Under the pieces are notes generated by a model that saw only the letters and a program-made list of their open reading frames with translations, was not told the origin of the DNA and searched no databases. The position numbers and the translations under genes are program-made. From contig MTLP01000007.1 in the NCBI GenBank assembly GCA_002009975.1, forward strand, positions 1 through 64,000: a stretch of DNA of 64,000 bases, in the 5' to 3' direction. The stretch is from Thermococcus sp. JdFR-02 (GTDB lineage: Archaea; Methanobacteriota_B; Thermococci; Thermococcales; Thermococcaceae). Below, piece by piece: positions 1-9,425 of the stretch. How positions within the stretch are numbered: the stretch's first letter is position 1; every line of letters begins with the position of its first letter.

Positions 1-107
1 TCAGGAGCAATTGCCGGAACCCTTATCAATTCCATCAAGGTATTAACCATCTCATCCCCAAGCCTCTCAACCTCCCAAGAAACCTCAGCCAAAACACCAC
101 TTTCCAT
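1..107 (-). CDS. M20 family metallohydrolase (DapE/ArgE-like), N-terminal fragment; runs off window edge
   Basis: Manual translation from ATG at 107: MESGVLAEVSWEVERLGDEMVNTLMELIRVPAIAP..., the typical M20 N-terminus (L.ELI.IPAI.P); GGTGGGGG RBS upstream. Not in ORF track. Confidence 0.7.
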   Translation of the reverse strand, partial: MESGVLAEVSWEVERLGDEMVNTLMELIRVPAIAP

Positions 108-176
108 ATTTTCTTCCCCCACCTAACATTTGTTATATCTGATTTGTAAGATTTGGCAAAATAATTAGATAGAAAA

Positions 177-1226
177 TTACATTTTCAGGTCTCTAGCTAA
201 CTTTGCCAAATCTTCTGGGTAAATTACTTTTCCTTTATCCATTATCTGAACATCATCTATCCACACTGAAGAGTTTAAGCAAATACCATCTGTATGAGAA
301 GCTGCTGGAATTCCTCCTGGAATATCAGGGACTAATCTTGGCCCAATGTTGCCTATTCCCCATTCTGTAGCTCCCCAAACTCTTTCATCTTCTACTATAT
401 TTCCCGTGAGCTTAGCTCCTGGATTGAAACCATATGAAATGTGAGCAAGTTGATACATGTTTGGATCATTAAAACTCTCAAGCCATGCTGCAAACTCTTG
501 AGCATCTTTTCCTCCCTCAATATTAACTATTCTCCCCTTTTCGACTTCTAATTTTATAGGTTCTTTAAGTAGTCCTATTGGGGGATAAACTGAGCCATCA
601 AAAACTATTGTCCCATTTATCGTCTCTAGCTTTGGTGTCCAACTTATTTGTCCTGGTAACATTTCATAAGTTCCTTTAGGAACGTAGCCAGAGTGGACTA
701 TTGGAGGCCTTAATGGGTGATTTTCAAACTCAACATCTGTTCCTGCAGGAGTTGTAATCCTCATTCTCTTTCCTTTTGCTGTTATTTCAGCAATCTTATC
801 TAAAAATTCAGAAAGCTTTTTCATATCAACTTTTCCAATAACACGAACCATCATGTCAGGATTCATACCTACCAAACAGATATACCTTAATTCTTTGTTT
901 TCTTTTATTACCGTATCAAATACTGTAGAATAAAGTATCCACTGATAGTTAAATTCAATCCAGACATTAACTTCCCTCAATGCCCCAATTAGGGGCTTTT
1001 GGGGTAACATCGGGTCAGCTGCTTTTCCAACTCCATCTGGTGTTGCAATCCATATAACCATTGGCTTTGCCCCTGTTTCAAAAACGGCTCTTGCAGTAGC
1101 ATTTACAACCTCTTCACTAGAGAGAGTGTCTGCTGTTATAGCGACTATTTCATTTGGTTGAACATCAAGAATGTCTCTCACAAGTCTTCGAGCTGCTAAA
1201 CCCAGTTCGAACTCATATACCCTCAT
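177..1226 (-). CDS. M29/thermophilic-metalloprotease-fold protein, divergent (NicX-like metal-ligand pattern)
   Basis: GTD.F, NG.IVFDGS, GFNP..TGNIVEDER and HTDG motifs; carries AHISYG where canonical members have AEFGIG. Confidence 0.75.
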   Translation of the reverse strand: MRVYEFELGLAARRLVRDILDVQPNEIVAITADTLSSEEVVNATARAVFETGAKPMVIWIATPDGVGKAADPMLPQKPLIGALREVNVWIEFNYQWILYSTVFDTVIKENKELRYICLVGMNPDMMVRVIGKVDMKKLSEFLDKIAEITAKGKRMRITTPAGTDVEFENHPLRPPIVHSGYVPKGTYEMLPGQISWTPKLETINGTIVFDGSVYPPIGLLKEPIKLEVEKGRIVNIEGGKDAQEFAAWLESFNDPNMYQLAHISYGFNPGAKLTGNIVEDERVWGATEWGIGNIGPRLVPDIPGGIPAASHTDGICLNSSVWIDDVQIMDKGKVIYPEDLAKLARDLKM

Positions 1227-1297
1227 TCTTAATCCTCCACTACTTGTTTAACACAAAAGATTTAAACAAAAAAGAAAAGGATTTACAAGGGATATTC

Positions 1298-2893
1298 TCA
1301 CTTCTTTCCAAGTCTTAGCGTTGATGTGAAGAAGCTAACCAATGTTGACCCTGCTATCAATCCGGCACCTAATACATATAGAGCTTGTTGCCCTTCTTCC
1401 TTGTATATATGCCTTACAAGTAGTCTTATACCTATAGCTACTAGAACTGTTACACCTGCTATTGGGTACTTTATTAGTAATCCTGTGGCAAATAGAATAC
1501 CCAATTGCCTATCTGGACCACCGATTGCTTGTACTATAGCTCCAGGTATAGCCCACATGAGAAGGTATTTTGCTATTTGGGGACTTGCTCCTGCTTCTAT
1601 CGTAGCAACATATACCCTATCTACTGGAGGTACGAGATCTTGAAGGAGATAGTACTTAGCAAATATTGCAACCATAATTGCAGCAACAATGAGTCCTGTT
1701 AGTTCTGCAAAGTATTGTTGTTTTCTTCCTTCCAATTCAAATTCCTTGTCCTTTCCTTCTCCTCTAATTATCCAACCTGTCTTTAGATCATAACCCATAT
1801 CAGCAAAAGCTGGACCTGTTGATGCTGTGTATCCCACTAATAGTCCGAGAGCAGGGGCTGGGAATCCCATTAGTACACCTAATATAAGGAATATAAGAGC
1901 TGTGGCAAATGCTGGGAACCAGCCTGCGTGCATTGCTGATAATCCAACTATCAATTCTGATACAATGGCTGCAGCAGCTGCAAATATTATCCACCAAATG
2001 AACTTTCCAGCAGGCATACCTGTGTATAATCCTCCCATTAGGGCGAGAAGTAATGCTACTCCAAGGTATAAAGCAAATCCGCGACTTAGTCCAAATCTTA
2101 TATCTGCCTCTGTTCTTGTGAATACATACCCTTCTGATTCTTCCTCGTTCATGGATTTTCTCTTTTTGGATATTATGAGAAGTATTTGTATCAAGGCTAC
2201 AAGTCCCGCACCAATCATTATACCATGTGGGGCATAGTATTTGTTGATGTCTACACCAAATAATTGAACTGAGTACCCTCTCACGATTAGACCAATACCG
2301 AACATGGTTAATGCCCAAATATTTCCAATCCATGCAACACCAGCTATATCAGCAGGGATTTTGAAGAAAAATCTTACTACTGATCCTGCTATTATTCCAT
2401 ATACTAAAAGCATAGCTCTTTTTCCTTTTTTAGCAGCAGCTATTAGGGTCTCTGCAGTAGCTATTCCTGGTGGCCATGGATTTTTGGCTGGGAATACCCT
2501 TGAATCAAAGAGCCAATACAACATTGTCATATCAATGATTGCTGCTAACGTAGCTCCTATGAGCATGGGTATAACAAGATCAGGTCTTTTAAGTAGCCAG
2601 GCAACACCTACGGGTAAGAAGATTGCATTTGCGGCTCCAAATGTGGCACCTGAAATTGCGGTTTGTACCAAGTTTTGTCTGTTTAAGTCTAAAAATTCTC
2701 TCAATATTGCTATTGGGATTCTCGCCACTAAGATAGCGATTAATGCACCAATAATGGAAGTGTTAGTTGAGATGCCCAAGCGTGTAATTAGCTCTAATCC
2801 TATTATAGCACCTAATACTGCCATTGCAATGTTCATTACTAAGATTTTCCCCTCAAATGCCGAGGGGTGTTTCTTTTTTCCAACTTCCTCCAT
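1298..2893 (-). CDS. OPT/YSL family oligopeptide transporter
   Basis: 531 aa polytopic membrane protein; QNLVQTAISGA, PWPPGIATAE, MGYDLKTG motifs. Confidence 0.85.
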   Translation of the reverse strand: MEEVGKKKHPSAFEGKILVMNIAMAVLGAIIGLELITRLGISTNTSIIGALIAILVARIPIAILREFLDLNRQNLVQTAISGATFGAANAIFLPVGVAWLLKRPDLVIPMLIGATLAAIIDMTMLYWLFDSRVFPAKNPWPPGIATAETLIAAAKKGKRAMLLVYGIIAGSVVRFFFKIPADIAGVAWIGNIWALTMFGIGLIVRGYSVQLFGVDINKYYAPHGIMIGAGLVALIQILLIISKKRKSMNEEESEGYVFTRTEADIRFGLSRGFALYLGVALLLALMGGLYTGMPAGKFIWWIIFAAAAAIVSELIVGLSAMHAGWFPAFATALIFLILGVLMGFPAPALGLLVGYTASTGPAFADMGYDLKTGWIIRGEGKDKEFELEGRKQQYFAELTGLIVAAIMVAIFAKYYLLQDLVPPVDRVYVATIEAGASPQIAKYLLMWAIPGAIVQAIGGPDRQLGILFATGLLIKYPIAGVTVLVAIGIRLLVRHIYKEEGQQALYVLGAGLIAGSTLVSFFTSTLRLGKK

Positions 2894-2911
2894 CTTATCT
2901 CACCTACTAAC

Positions 2912-3883
2912 TTAAACCATAAGTTTTCCATTTCTAAACAAATATTCTCCATCAATCAAAACAGTGGGTTCTATAATTATCCCATCCAAATGTATCGGAG
3001 CTTTTGTTAATCCACCAAAGCCGTAGTTGCTTCCTAATGCTATATGCACTGTTCCAAAAACTTTTTCATCTTCTAAAATGTTCCCGCTTATTCTTGCCTT
3101 TGGATTTGTGCCAATTCCAAATTCTGCGATATTTTTCGCCTCTTTCCCATATTTTGACAAAATTTTCTCCAATCTCTTTGCCTCATCACCTCCTTTAATT
3201 TTTTTAACAAAACCATCTTCGATGGTTAGCTTGATAGGAGAGGATAAAACTCCAATACTTGCCATAGAACCGTCTATAACGACCACACCATTGGCAGTTT
3301 CTTCCAAGGGAGCAATATATGCCTCGGCTCCAGGTAAGTTTCCACATTCTCCGGGTTTTCTATAAATTCCTGTGCTTCTTCTTGCTTTTCTACCTTTTAT
3401 TGAAAATGTTAAATCTGTTCCCAATTTAGTTGTAATATGGACTTCCTCCCCGTTATCCAGAATATCAGCAATTTTGTTTGTTAATTCCAGAATTTCGTCA
3501 TAATTAACATTCATTGTCCTAATGAATATTTCCTCTGTAATTCTAGGTAGAGTAGCTACTCTCACACCTTTTTCACAAGCTTCCTTCTTTGCTAAAGTAT
3601 GAGTAATAGACTTAGATGTCGGAGCTAAAACGACATCTGCACTTTTCATAGCCTCTGCCACTGGTTTTGGAGGCTCTTGGCCGTGTATTTCCCTAGGAAG
3701 CATTTCCATGTAAATAGCCTCGGCTCCGAGTTCTTTCGCTTTAGCCCAAAGATGCACCCCAATATTTCTTTCCGGTTCATCTGTTACAATTAACACTGTT
3801 TCTCCTCTTTTTACACCCATACAGTCTCTTAATGCTATTTCACATGCACTGTAAAGCTCTTTATTTATTTCAAGGCGAAACAT
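2912..3883 (-). CDS. Aminopeptidase, M29/thermophilic metalloprotease family
   Basis: GNLPGAEAYIAP, AEFGIGTNP, EDEK..TVHIALG, HLDG motifs. Confidence 0.85.
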   Translation of the reverse strand: MFRLEINKELYSACEIALRDCMGVKRGETVLIVTDEPERNIGVHLWAKAKELGAEAIYMEMLPREIHGQEPPKPVAEAMKSADVVLAPTSKSITHTLAKKEACEKGVRVATLPRITEEIFIRTMNVNYDEILELTNKIADILDNGEEVHITTKLGTDLTFSIKGRKARRSTGIYRKPGECGNLPGAEAYIAPLEETANGVVVIDGSMASIGVLSSPIKLTIEDGFVKKIKGGDEAKRLEKILSKYGKEAKNIAEFGIGTNPKARISGNILEDEKVFGTVHIALGSNYGFGGLTKAPIHLDGIIIEPTVLIDGEYLFRNGKLMV

Positions 3884-4545
3884 TAGCTTCCCTCCACTAA
3901 TTCTCTAATAACGTGAGCCATCAAAGTTCTGGGAAGAAGAACTGGTTTTTTGGTAAGGTCTTTCACAATTTCCTTTGCTTTTAGATTGTATCCAATGCAA
4001 TCCAAAACTATTAAATCACGGTCTTTCAAGGCTCTTGCAGCTTCTTTGATCTCTTCTTCTTTTCCTAGATATGGCGAAACAGCTAATATTTTAGTTTCTA
4101 CGCCAGTATAGGACCATTTTTCTTTTGTTTCTTCAATTTGATCAGGAGAAGGTATAATAACCCCTAGTTTGCCTTGTGGCAATATTGACTCAACAACTTT
4201 TAGCAGAAGTAAAGAGGGCTCTATTAGGAGCTTTTTAGATTTCAATTCAGGAAATTCCCCTGTGCATAAAATACCAATAACGTCAACTTCCTTTTCCAAT
4301 TTTTCAATGCATGTTTGCAGATGCTTAACTATTTTCTCCCTGCTTAGTTTGACTTGAGTTCCATCTCTCAGCCTTGTGACTAAAACATAATCTCCCTCTT
4401 TCGGAGCTAATTTTTGTATTTCTTCGAGAGTTAAATCATCTAAAGCTCCACATTCGATTATCTCAACATCTCCTAAAATTGGAGTCATTTCAGGAACAAC
4501 ATCTACTCTGGGAGACTGTCCAATAGTTACAAAACCTATTCTCAC
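3883..4545 (-). CDS. AroM family protein (Asp/Glu racemase superfamily)
   Basis: TIGQSPR.D N-terminus, LVTRLRDG, LCTG.F and LDCIGY motifs. Confidence 0.9.
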   Translation of the reverse strand: MRIGFVTIGQSPRVDVVPEMTPILGDVEIIECGALDDLTLEEIQKLAPKEGDYVLVTRLRDGTQVKLSREKIVKHLQTCIEKLEKEVDVIGILCTGEFPELKSKKLLIEPSLLLLKVVESILPQGKLGVIIPSPDQIEETKEKWSYTGVETKILAVSPYLGKEEEIKEAARALKDRDLIVLDCIGYNLKAKEIVKDLTKKPVLLPRTLMAHVIRELVEGS

Positions 4546-5489
4546 TCTTTTGCCCTCCCTAACGTTTGTAAATGTTTCATAGAACCGTAAAGCTCTACTA
4601 AGCGCTTAAACTCTTCTTCATCATAGAATTTCACTTTCCCTTTTCCAAATCCTTTAGCAACTTCAATACAAAATCTTGCAGCCTGATCTATATCAATCTC
4701 ATGACTCGCCCCGCTTGCGCTTCCTGGTACTGCAACTTCAGAAGTTATTGCCACTCCAACAACAGGAGCATCCGTTGCCGTTGCCGGTTGCACTATGCTA
4801 TTCAGGTGATAGATATCATTTCCATATGGTGTGATATCTTGCATAGTTATGGGCACAACTGCAGGAAGCTTTCCAGTGACAATTTGCATTATATCTAAAA
4901 GATCATCACTAACTTTTAGTATCCATCCTTCTTTTACTGTTGGCGTTATGGCGATTCCCTTGATATTAATGATTCTATTTCCTCTGGTAGTATCGATAGA
5001 AAGAATTGCATCCATTCTTGGATCAACTTCATACTTGTTCATTGTCGCAATATCTACAGGAGAACCCATAAAAGGAACTGGTTCATGAGGTTGAGTTGGA
5101 GCGTTAGGGCAGATGTGTGTTGCTATTATAACGTCTCCTTCTAAAATGTCTCCATTTCTTTTCATATCAGCAAGTTTTAGAGCTACAGAGATTGCTGTAA
5201 CTGCACCATCTGCATCTGAAACAAGACCGATAACCTTTGGTCTAGCTCCAATACCGCCTAATCTACCAATTATGCCAAGAGTTGGTGCTGTTCCTCCTGA
5301 ACTTTTCCCATTTTTTCCAGGAATTACAATTTTTATAAAATCAGTTGAACCTCTTGGACCCTCTATTGTTTTTACTTCTATATTTTCCAATCCCCTTTTC
5401 CCTAAGAATTCAGCTACCTTATATCCGCTTACATAAGCACTGTCTAAGAGTTCATAAGCCTCTATAATCTGCTTCAACATTTTTAGCAC
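4542..5489 (-). CDS. DUF1177 family protein
   Basis: GRLGGIGARP..IGLVSDADGA, THICPNAPTQPHEPVPFM, DTTRGNR motifs; likely start ATG 5480. Confidence 0.85.
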   Translation of the reverse strand: MLKMLKQIIEAYELLDSAYVSGYKVAEFLGKRGLENIEVKTIEGPRGSTDFIKIVIPGKNGKSSGGTAPTLGIIGRLGGIGARPKVIGLVSDADGAVTAISVALKLADMKRNGDILEGDVIIATHICPNAPTQPHEPVPFMGSPVDIATMNKYEVDPRMDAILSIDTTRGNRIINIKGIAITPTVKEGWILKVSDDLLDIMQIVTGKLPAVVPITMQDITPYGNDIYHLNSIVQPATATDAPVVGVAITSEVAVPGSASGASHEIDIDQAARFCIEVAKGFGKGKVKFYDEEEFKRLVELYGSMKHLQTLGRAKE

Positions 5490-5490
5490 C

Positions 5491-6564
5491 TCAAACTACT
5501 ATCTTTTTTCCTATTGTCTTTTCAACTTGTTTCAAAACATCAAGATCCTTAACACCTGCTCCGAGTAGAAGTTTTTCTTTGGGAACAACCAAAATAGCGA
5601 CTTTTTGACCCTTTTTAATTTCAGCAGAGCTTAGGGGTAAAGAATTTTCAACATTGATTGTGACAATTAAGTCTGGAAATGTTCCAAGACGCCTTTTACC
5701 GGATTCTAAGGTCATATACTCATTCCAAAATGTTATTTCATATGTATCTCTTCTATTTCCTTCAATTAAAATAGAGCCTATATCAAATCCACCTCTCGTT
5801 TCAAGTGTGCAGTCTTTTACAACTCCATAATCAATGAATTTGCCTCCTAAATATTTGAGAATTTTATTTATCATTTCCTCGACATTATCTTTATGTGCTT
5901 GTATTATTTTACCAACTTCTATTGCTTGGGTTATTCCTCCAACTGCAGCATTCTCTTTAACGTATTCTGGGAAAATAGGATTTCTTGTAACTGCCACTAA
6001 CCCACCAGCTTGAACCGCCGCTTCTCTAACCATTTTCGAGGCTTTTTCTAAGTTTCCTTTTACAAAAAGTTCAATATAGCATCCCTTCTTTTTATCACCT
6101 CCCACGGCAGTTTGAATGGAAGTATATTCTGGAAGTTTATGGAGTCCCATTGCTCCCATGATGCCTGTTGGATGCGCTCTCCCATCAGCTGGGGCATCGA
6201 TAATAGGAATTCCAAGAATAGCAGATTGGATCCATCCGTTTATCGTTGAATATCCTCCGTTCTCTGAGGAAATTATTCCTCCAACTTCCATTTTTTCTAT
6301 TTCAATCAAGAGTTCGGTTGATTTTATCATATGACTTGGCATAAGATACTTCTCTTTAGCGGCAGGTGCTCCAACCATAGAAGCAGTTACAATGAGAGAA
6401 TCTTTTGGAACACTATCAATGTCTATTATAATAACATCTCCAAGCTCGATTGCAAGCTTTGCATCCCTTAGACCCTGCTTTAAATCTCCTCCACCGCCAC
6501 CACCAAAAAATGCTCCTCCTAAAACAGCGGCTTCTGCTAATCTCTCATTTATTTTAAGCTTCAT
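5491..6564 (-). CDS. DUF917 family protein
   Basis: GGGGGG N-terminal loop, ENGG, DA..DGRAHP, GGFDIG, FWNEY, FPDLI motifs. Confidence 0.85.
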   Translation of the reverse strand: MKLKINERLAEAAVLGGAFFGGGGGGDLKQGLRDAKLAIELGDVIIIDIDSVPKDSLIVTASMVGAPAAKEKYLMPSHMIKSTELLIEIEKMEVGGIISSENGGYSTINGWIQSAILGIPIIDAPADGRAHPTGIMGAMGLHKLPEYTSIQTAVGGDKKKGCYIELFVKGNLEKASKMVREAAVQAGGLVAVTRNPIFPEYVKENAAVGGITQAIEVGKIIQAHKDNVEEMINKILKYLGGKFIDYGVVKDCTLETRGGFDIGSILIEGNRRDTYEITFWNEYMTLESGKRRLGTFPDLIVTINVENSLPLSSAEIKKGQKVAILVVPKEKLLLGAGVKDLDVLKQVEKTIGKKIVV

Positions 6565-7234
6565 TTTTCTCCCCCCAAATATTTAATCTCTTTAGAGAAT
6601 GTAAAGCAACTGTACCAGCTGCAATTACAGGGTCAATAATAGGTATCTCAACCCTTTTCTCAAGAATAGGAGCGATTTTTATTGTTGACATACCAGTGCA
6701 TCCTAAGAGTATGACATCAACCCCTTTTTCTTTTAGTCGTTTTGCAGCGTTTATTGCCGCATTTTTTCCCAGTTCAGTCATTAGATCTAGTGTATTCGTT
6801 ACTCCTTTTGGATGATCTTCTGCGACTAAATGATCTCCGAGAATTTCTTTAATGACCATTGGAGTTTCTTCAGTTAAATTCAATACACCAACTTTCTCTC
6901 CATACGCTAATGCCAAAGAAGATGCAGCAGAACCGGCACCTATCACAGGTATAGAAACCCTCTCTCTTACTTCTTTAACTCCAGGATCAGCAGCACAACT
7001 TATAATAATTGCATCAACACCCTCTCTTTCAAATTCTTTAGCCAACTCTATAATTTTTGGTTTTGCTATTTTTTCCGTTTTAGAATCGTAGATTCCTTGT
7101 GGTTGATTTTTAATACACTTACTAATGACCTTTAATTCGGGATATGCTCTCTCTATTATCCTCCCATGCACATTTAAAAGTTCTTCATCTGTTATAGTTA
7201 GAACTCTAATTAATCCAACTATGTACTTATGCAT
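6554..7234 (-). CDS. Asp/Glu/hydantoin racemase family protein
   Basis: Two catalytic-type Cys motifs ISCAADPG and LGCTGM; PIIDPV C-terminus. Confidence 0.85.
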   Translation of the reverse strand: MHKYIVGLIRVLTITDEELLNVHGRIIERAYPELKVISKCIKNQPQGIYDSKTEKIAKPKIIELAKEFEREGVDAIIISCAADPGVKEVRERVSIPVIGAGSAASSLALAYGEKVGVLNLTEETPMVIKEILGDHLVAEDHPKGVTNTLDLMTELGKNAAINAAKRLKEKGVDVILLGCTGMSTIKIAPILEKRVEIPIIDPVIAAGTVALHSLKRLNIWGEKNEA

Positions 7235-7280
7235 GCATATATCACCATCGAGTGTGAAACCATGATAGAATTTATCTATT

Positions 7281-7348
7281 ATTGAACCAAAGTGTGGTTC
7301 AATGTTTTTGTTATTGGACTAATTTTTCATTAAAATTTAGTTCAATAA
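7281..7348. promoter_or_regulatory. Paired inverted repeats (ATTGAAC half-sites), candidate Lrp/AsnC operator
   Basis: Perfect ATTGAACCA-N5-TGGTTCAAT at 7281-7303, plus imperfect TTATTGGACTAA...TTAGTTCAATAA at 7311-7348, in the divergent promoter region. Confidence 0.6.
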
Positions 7349-7424
7349 TCTAAAAATTTAAGAACATAAAGATACCGAATAAGATATGATAATAGAAATT
7401 TAGGTCAAAGTTGAGGGAAAACAA

Positions 7425-7895
7425 ATGAAGTTGTCAAAAAAAGATTGGGAGATAATTCGTCTACTTAAGAAGAATGGAAGAATAAGCGATGCTGAGATAG
7501 CTAGGAGGATTGGAATGTCAAAAACAGCGATCAGATGGAGGAGGATAAACCTACAAAAGCGCGGATGTCTTATGATATCTGCATATCTTAGATTTGACAA
7601 GGTTGGGTTTTCGTATGCCATCGTTTTAATTAAGTTAAAGGCTGATGCTTTGAGAGAGGATATTCTAAAATTTAAACAAAAGCTTATGGAAAATCCAAAT
7701 GTTTTTGAAGCTTATGAAATAGCGGGAGACTACGATATACTTGCAGGATTTTTTGGTGAAGATGTGAACTCTCTTCATAATGTCATTGAAGATGCAGTAC
7801 GAGGAGAAAAGGTTATCAATGACTACAAGATTCTTTTTGGTATTAAAACATTGAAAGGGCTTGAAGTCCCGTTTTATGATGCACTAGGTCTCTAA
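7425..7895 (+). CDS. Lrp/AsnC family transcriptional regulator
   Basis: N-terminal D..II.LL..NGRIS..EIARR HTH and C-terminal GDYD RAM motif; divergent from the catabolic operon. Confidence 0.9.
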   Translation: MKLSKKDWEIIRLLKKNGRISDAEIARRIGMSKTAIRWRRINLQKRGCLMISAYLRFDKVGFSYAIVLIKLKADALREDILKFKQKLMENPNVFEAYEIAGDYDILAGFFGEDVNSLHNVIEDAVRGEKVINDYKILFGIKTLKGLEVPFYDALGL

Positions 7896-8039
7896 TTTCA
7901 TTCAAGACGAAGAAAGGCTAATAGGTAAGTAGATGTAATTATGAACTGTGTAAATGAATCTATGAATAATAGCTTGCAAAAAAGTATATAACTCTTGAAT
8001 TAGCTGATAATATGAAGGACTTTATTAAGTTCCTATTAC

Positions 8040-8100
8040 CGATGATGAGTGTCATCCCAGCCGATGGAAAGATGACGACGTAAAATCCCCACCTGAGGTG
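8040..8100 (+). ncRNA. Box C/D guide sRNA
   Basis: C box ATGATGA 8042-8048, D' CCGA 8061-8064, C' ATGACGA 8072-8078, D CTGA 8093-8096; 12- and 14-nt guides; intergenic. Confidence 0.8.
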
Positions 8101-8107
8101 TTCAAAA

Positions 8108-8572
8108 GTGTTTAGCATTTTTAAGAAAAAAAAGAAAAAAGAGGGAATCCCAATTTATATGAGTGAGCCTACAATCCTCTACAACACAAAAAGTGAGAAA
8201 GCTTGTGTTGAAATAATAGAGAAAAATTTTTCTTCATCTAACATTATTGTGCCATCAAAATATGGTTTAAAGCCAACGGAGCATTTGATTGAAAAAGCGG
8301 AAATTTTTGTCGCTGTTGCGATTTTAGGAAAGTTCACATCTTTAGTAGTTAGAGAGCTTGAAATTGCCCAGACACTTAATAAAAAGATCTATACCCTTGA
8401 GATAGCCCGTAAGGGAGACAAAGGATTGGCTTATGCATTGGTGGAAGGAATTCCAGAGGAAATAGAGAAACTAACTCCAGAGCAGACAAATGAGCTTTAT
8501 GAGACCTTTAGAAGGGAGGATTTTTCAGGTTTTATGAAGCTCTTCTTGGGGGAAAGAAAAAGTAGTTGGTAA
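8108..8572 (+). CDS. Hypothetical protein (possible nucleoside-2-deoxyribosyltransferase-like Rossmann fold)
   Basis: 154 aa ORF with GAGGTG RBS; IYMSEP and V.RELEIA..L.KKIY pattern. Confidence 0.55.
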   Translation: MFSIFKKKKKKEGIPIYMSEPTILYNTKSEKACVEIIEKNFSSSNIIVPSKYGLKPTEHLIEKAEIFVAVAILGKFTSLVVRELEIAQTLNKKIYTLEIARKGDKGLAYALVEGIPEEIEKLTPEQTNELYETFRREDFSGFMKLFLGERKSSW

Positions 8573-8633
8573 TATTTCTTTCAGAGTGAAAGCTTTTTAT
8601 TCTCTCACTCTTATTTTTGCTTGGGGTGATAGT

Positions 8634-9425
8634 GTGGCAAGATTTTTCGTTCCTAAATCTCATCCTCGTTATTGGAGCTTATATTATAGGCATAAACTCG
8701 AAGAGGCTTTAGAAAAGGGTATTTTAGCAAAAGCTGGTTTAATAGCCCATGGGAGAGGGGAAGCTTTTGATTATTTGATTGGAGAGAAAACAATTGAACC
8801 AGCAAAAGAAGCAATAAAAGCAGCGGTTGCAAAGCTTTTGTTAGCTGAGCATCCCGTGATTTCAATAAATGGAAATGTCACAGCATTAGTTCCAAAGGAG
8901 ACTATTGAGCTGGGAAAGGTTTTAAATGCAAAACTTGAAGTAAACCTATTTTATAGAACCTATGAGAGGGAAAAAGCGATAAGAGAGGCTTTTAGAGAAA
9001 TTGACCCAAATGTTGAACTTTTGGGCATTGGAGAAAATGCGAACAAGAGAATCCCTGGTTTAGATAGCGAAAGGGGAAGAGTTGATGAAAGGGGCATTTG
9101 GAAAGCTGACGTTGTTTTGGTCCCCTTAGAGGATGGCGATAGGACTGAAGCTTTGGTCAACATGGGCAAATTTGTCATTACAGTTGATTTAAACCCTCTT
9201 TCAAGAACGGCAAGAATGGCTGATATTACGATAGTTGACAACATAGTTAGGGCTTTTCCGTTAATGATAGAAGTTGCAGAGGAACTTAAGGAGAAGCCAA
9301 AGGAAGAACTTGAGAGAATAGTAAATAACTATGATAACGAAAGAATCCTTAATGAAATCCTGATGCACATGAGGAACAGATTAGAGCAATTAGCCAGGGA
9401 AGGTATCTGGAGGAAGGAGTTATAG
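8634..9425 (+). CDS. 4-phosphopantoate--beta-alanine ligase (phosphopantothenate synthetase)
   Basis: [41 protein letters not shown] motifs; GTG start at 8634 after GGGGTGA RBS. Confidence 0.92.
   Translation: MARFFVPKSHPRYWSLYYRHKLEEALEKGILAKAGLIAHGRGEAFDYLIGEKTIEPAKEAIKAAVAKLLLAEHPVISINGNVTALVPKETIELGKVLNAKLEVNLFYRTYEREKAIREAFREIDPNVELLGIGENANKRIPGLDSERGRVDERGIWKADVVLVPLEDGDRTEALVNMGKFVITVDLNPLSRTARMADITIVDNIVRAFPLMIEVAEELKEKPKEELERIVNNYDNERILNEILMHMRNRLEQLAREGIWRKEL

Noticed and set aside
1326-3365. Several 65-200 aa ORFs overlapping the OPT and peptidase genes, and similar antisense ORFs throughout the window
   Set aside because: Shadow ORFs of well-supported genes, with no RBS or recognisable motifs.
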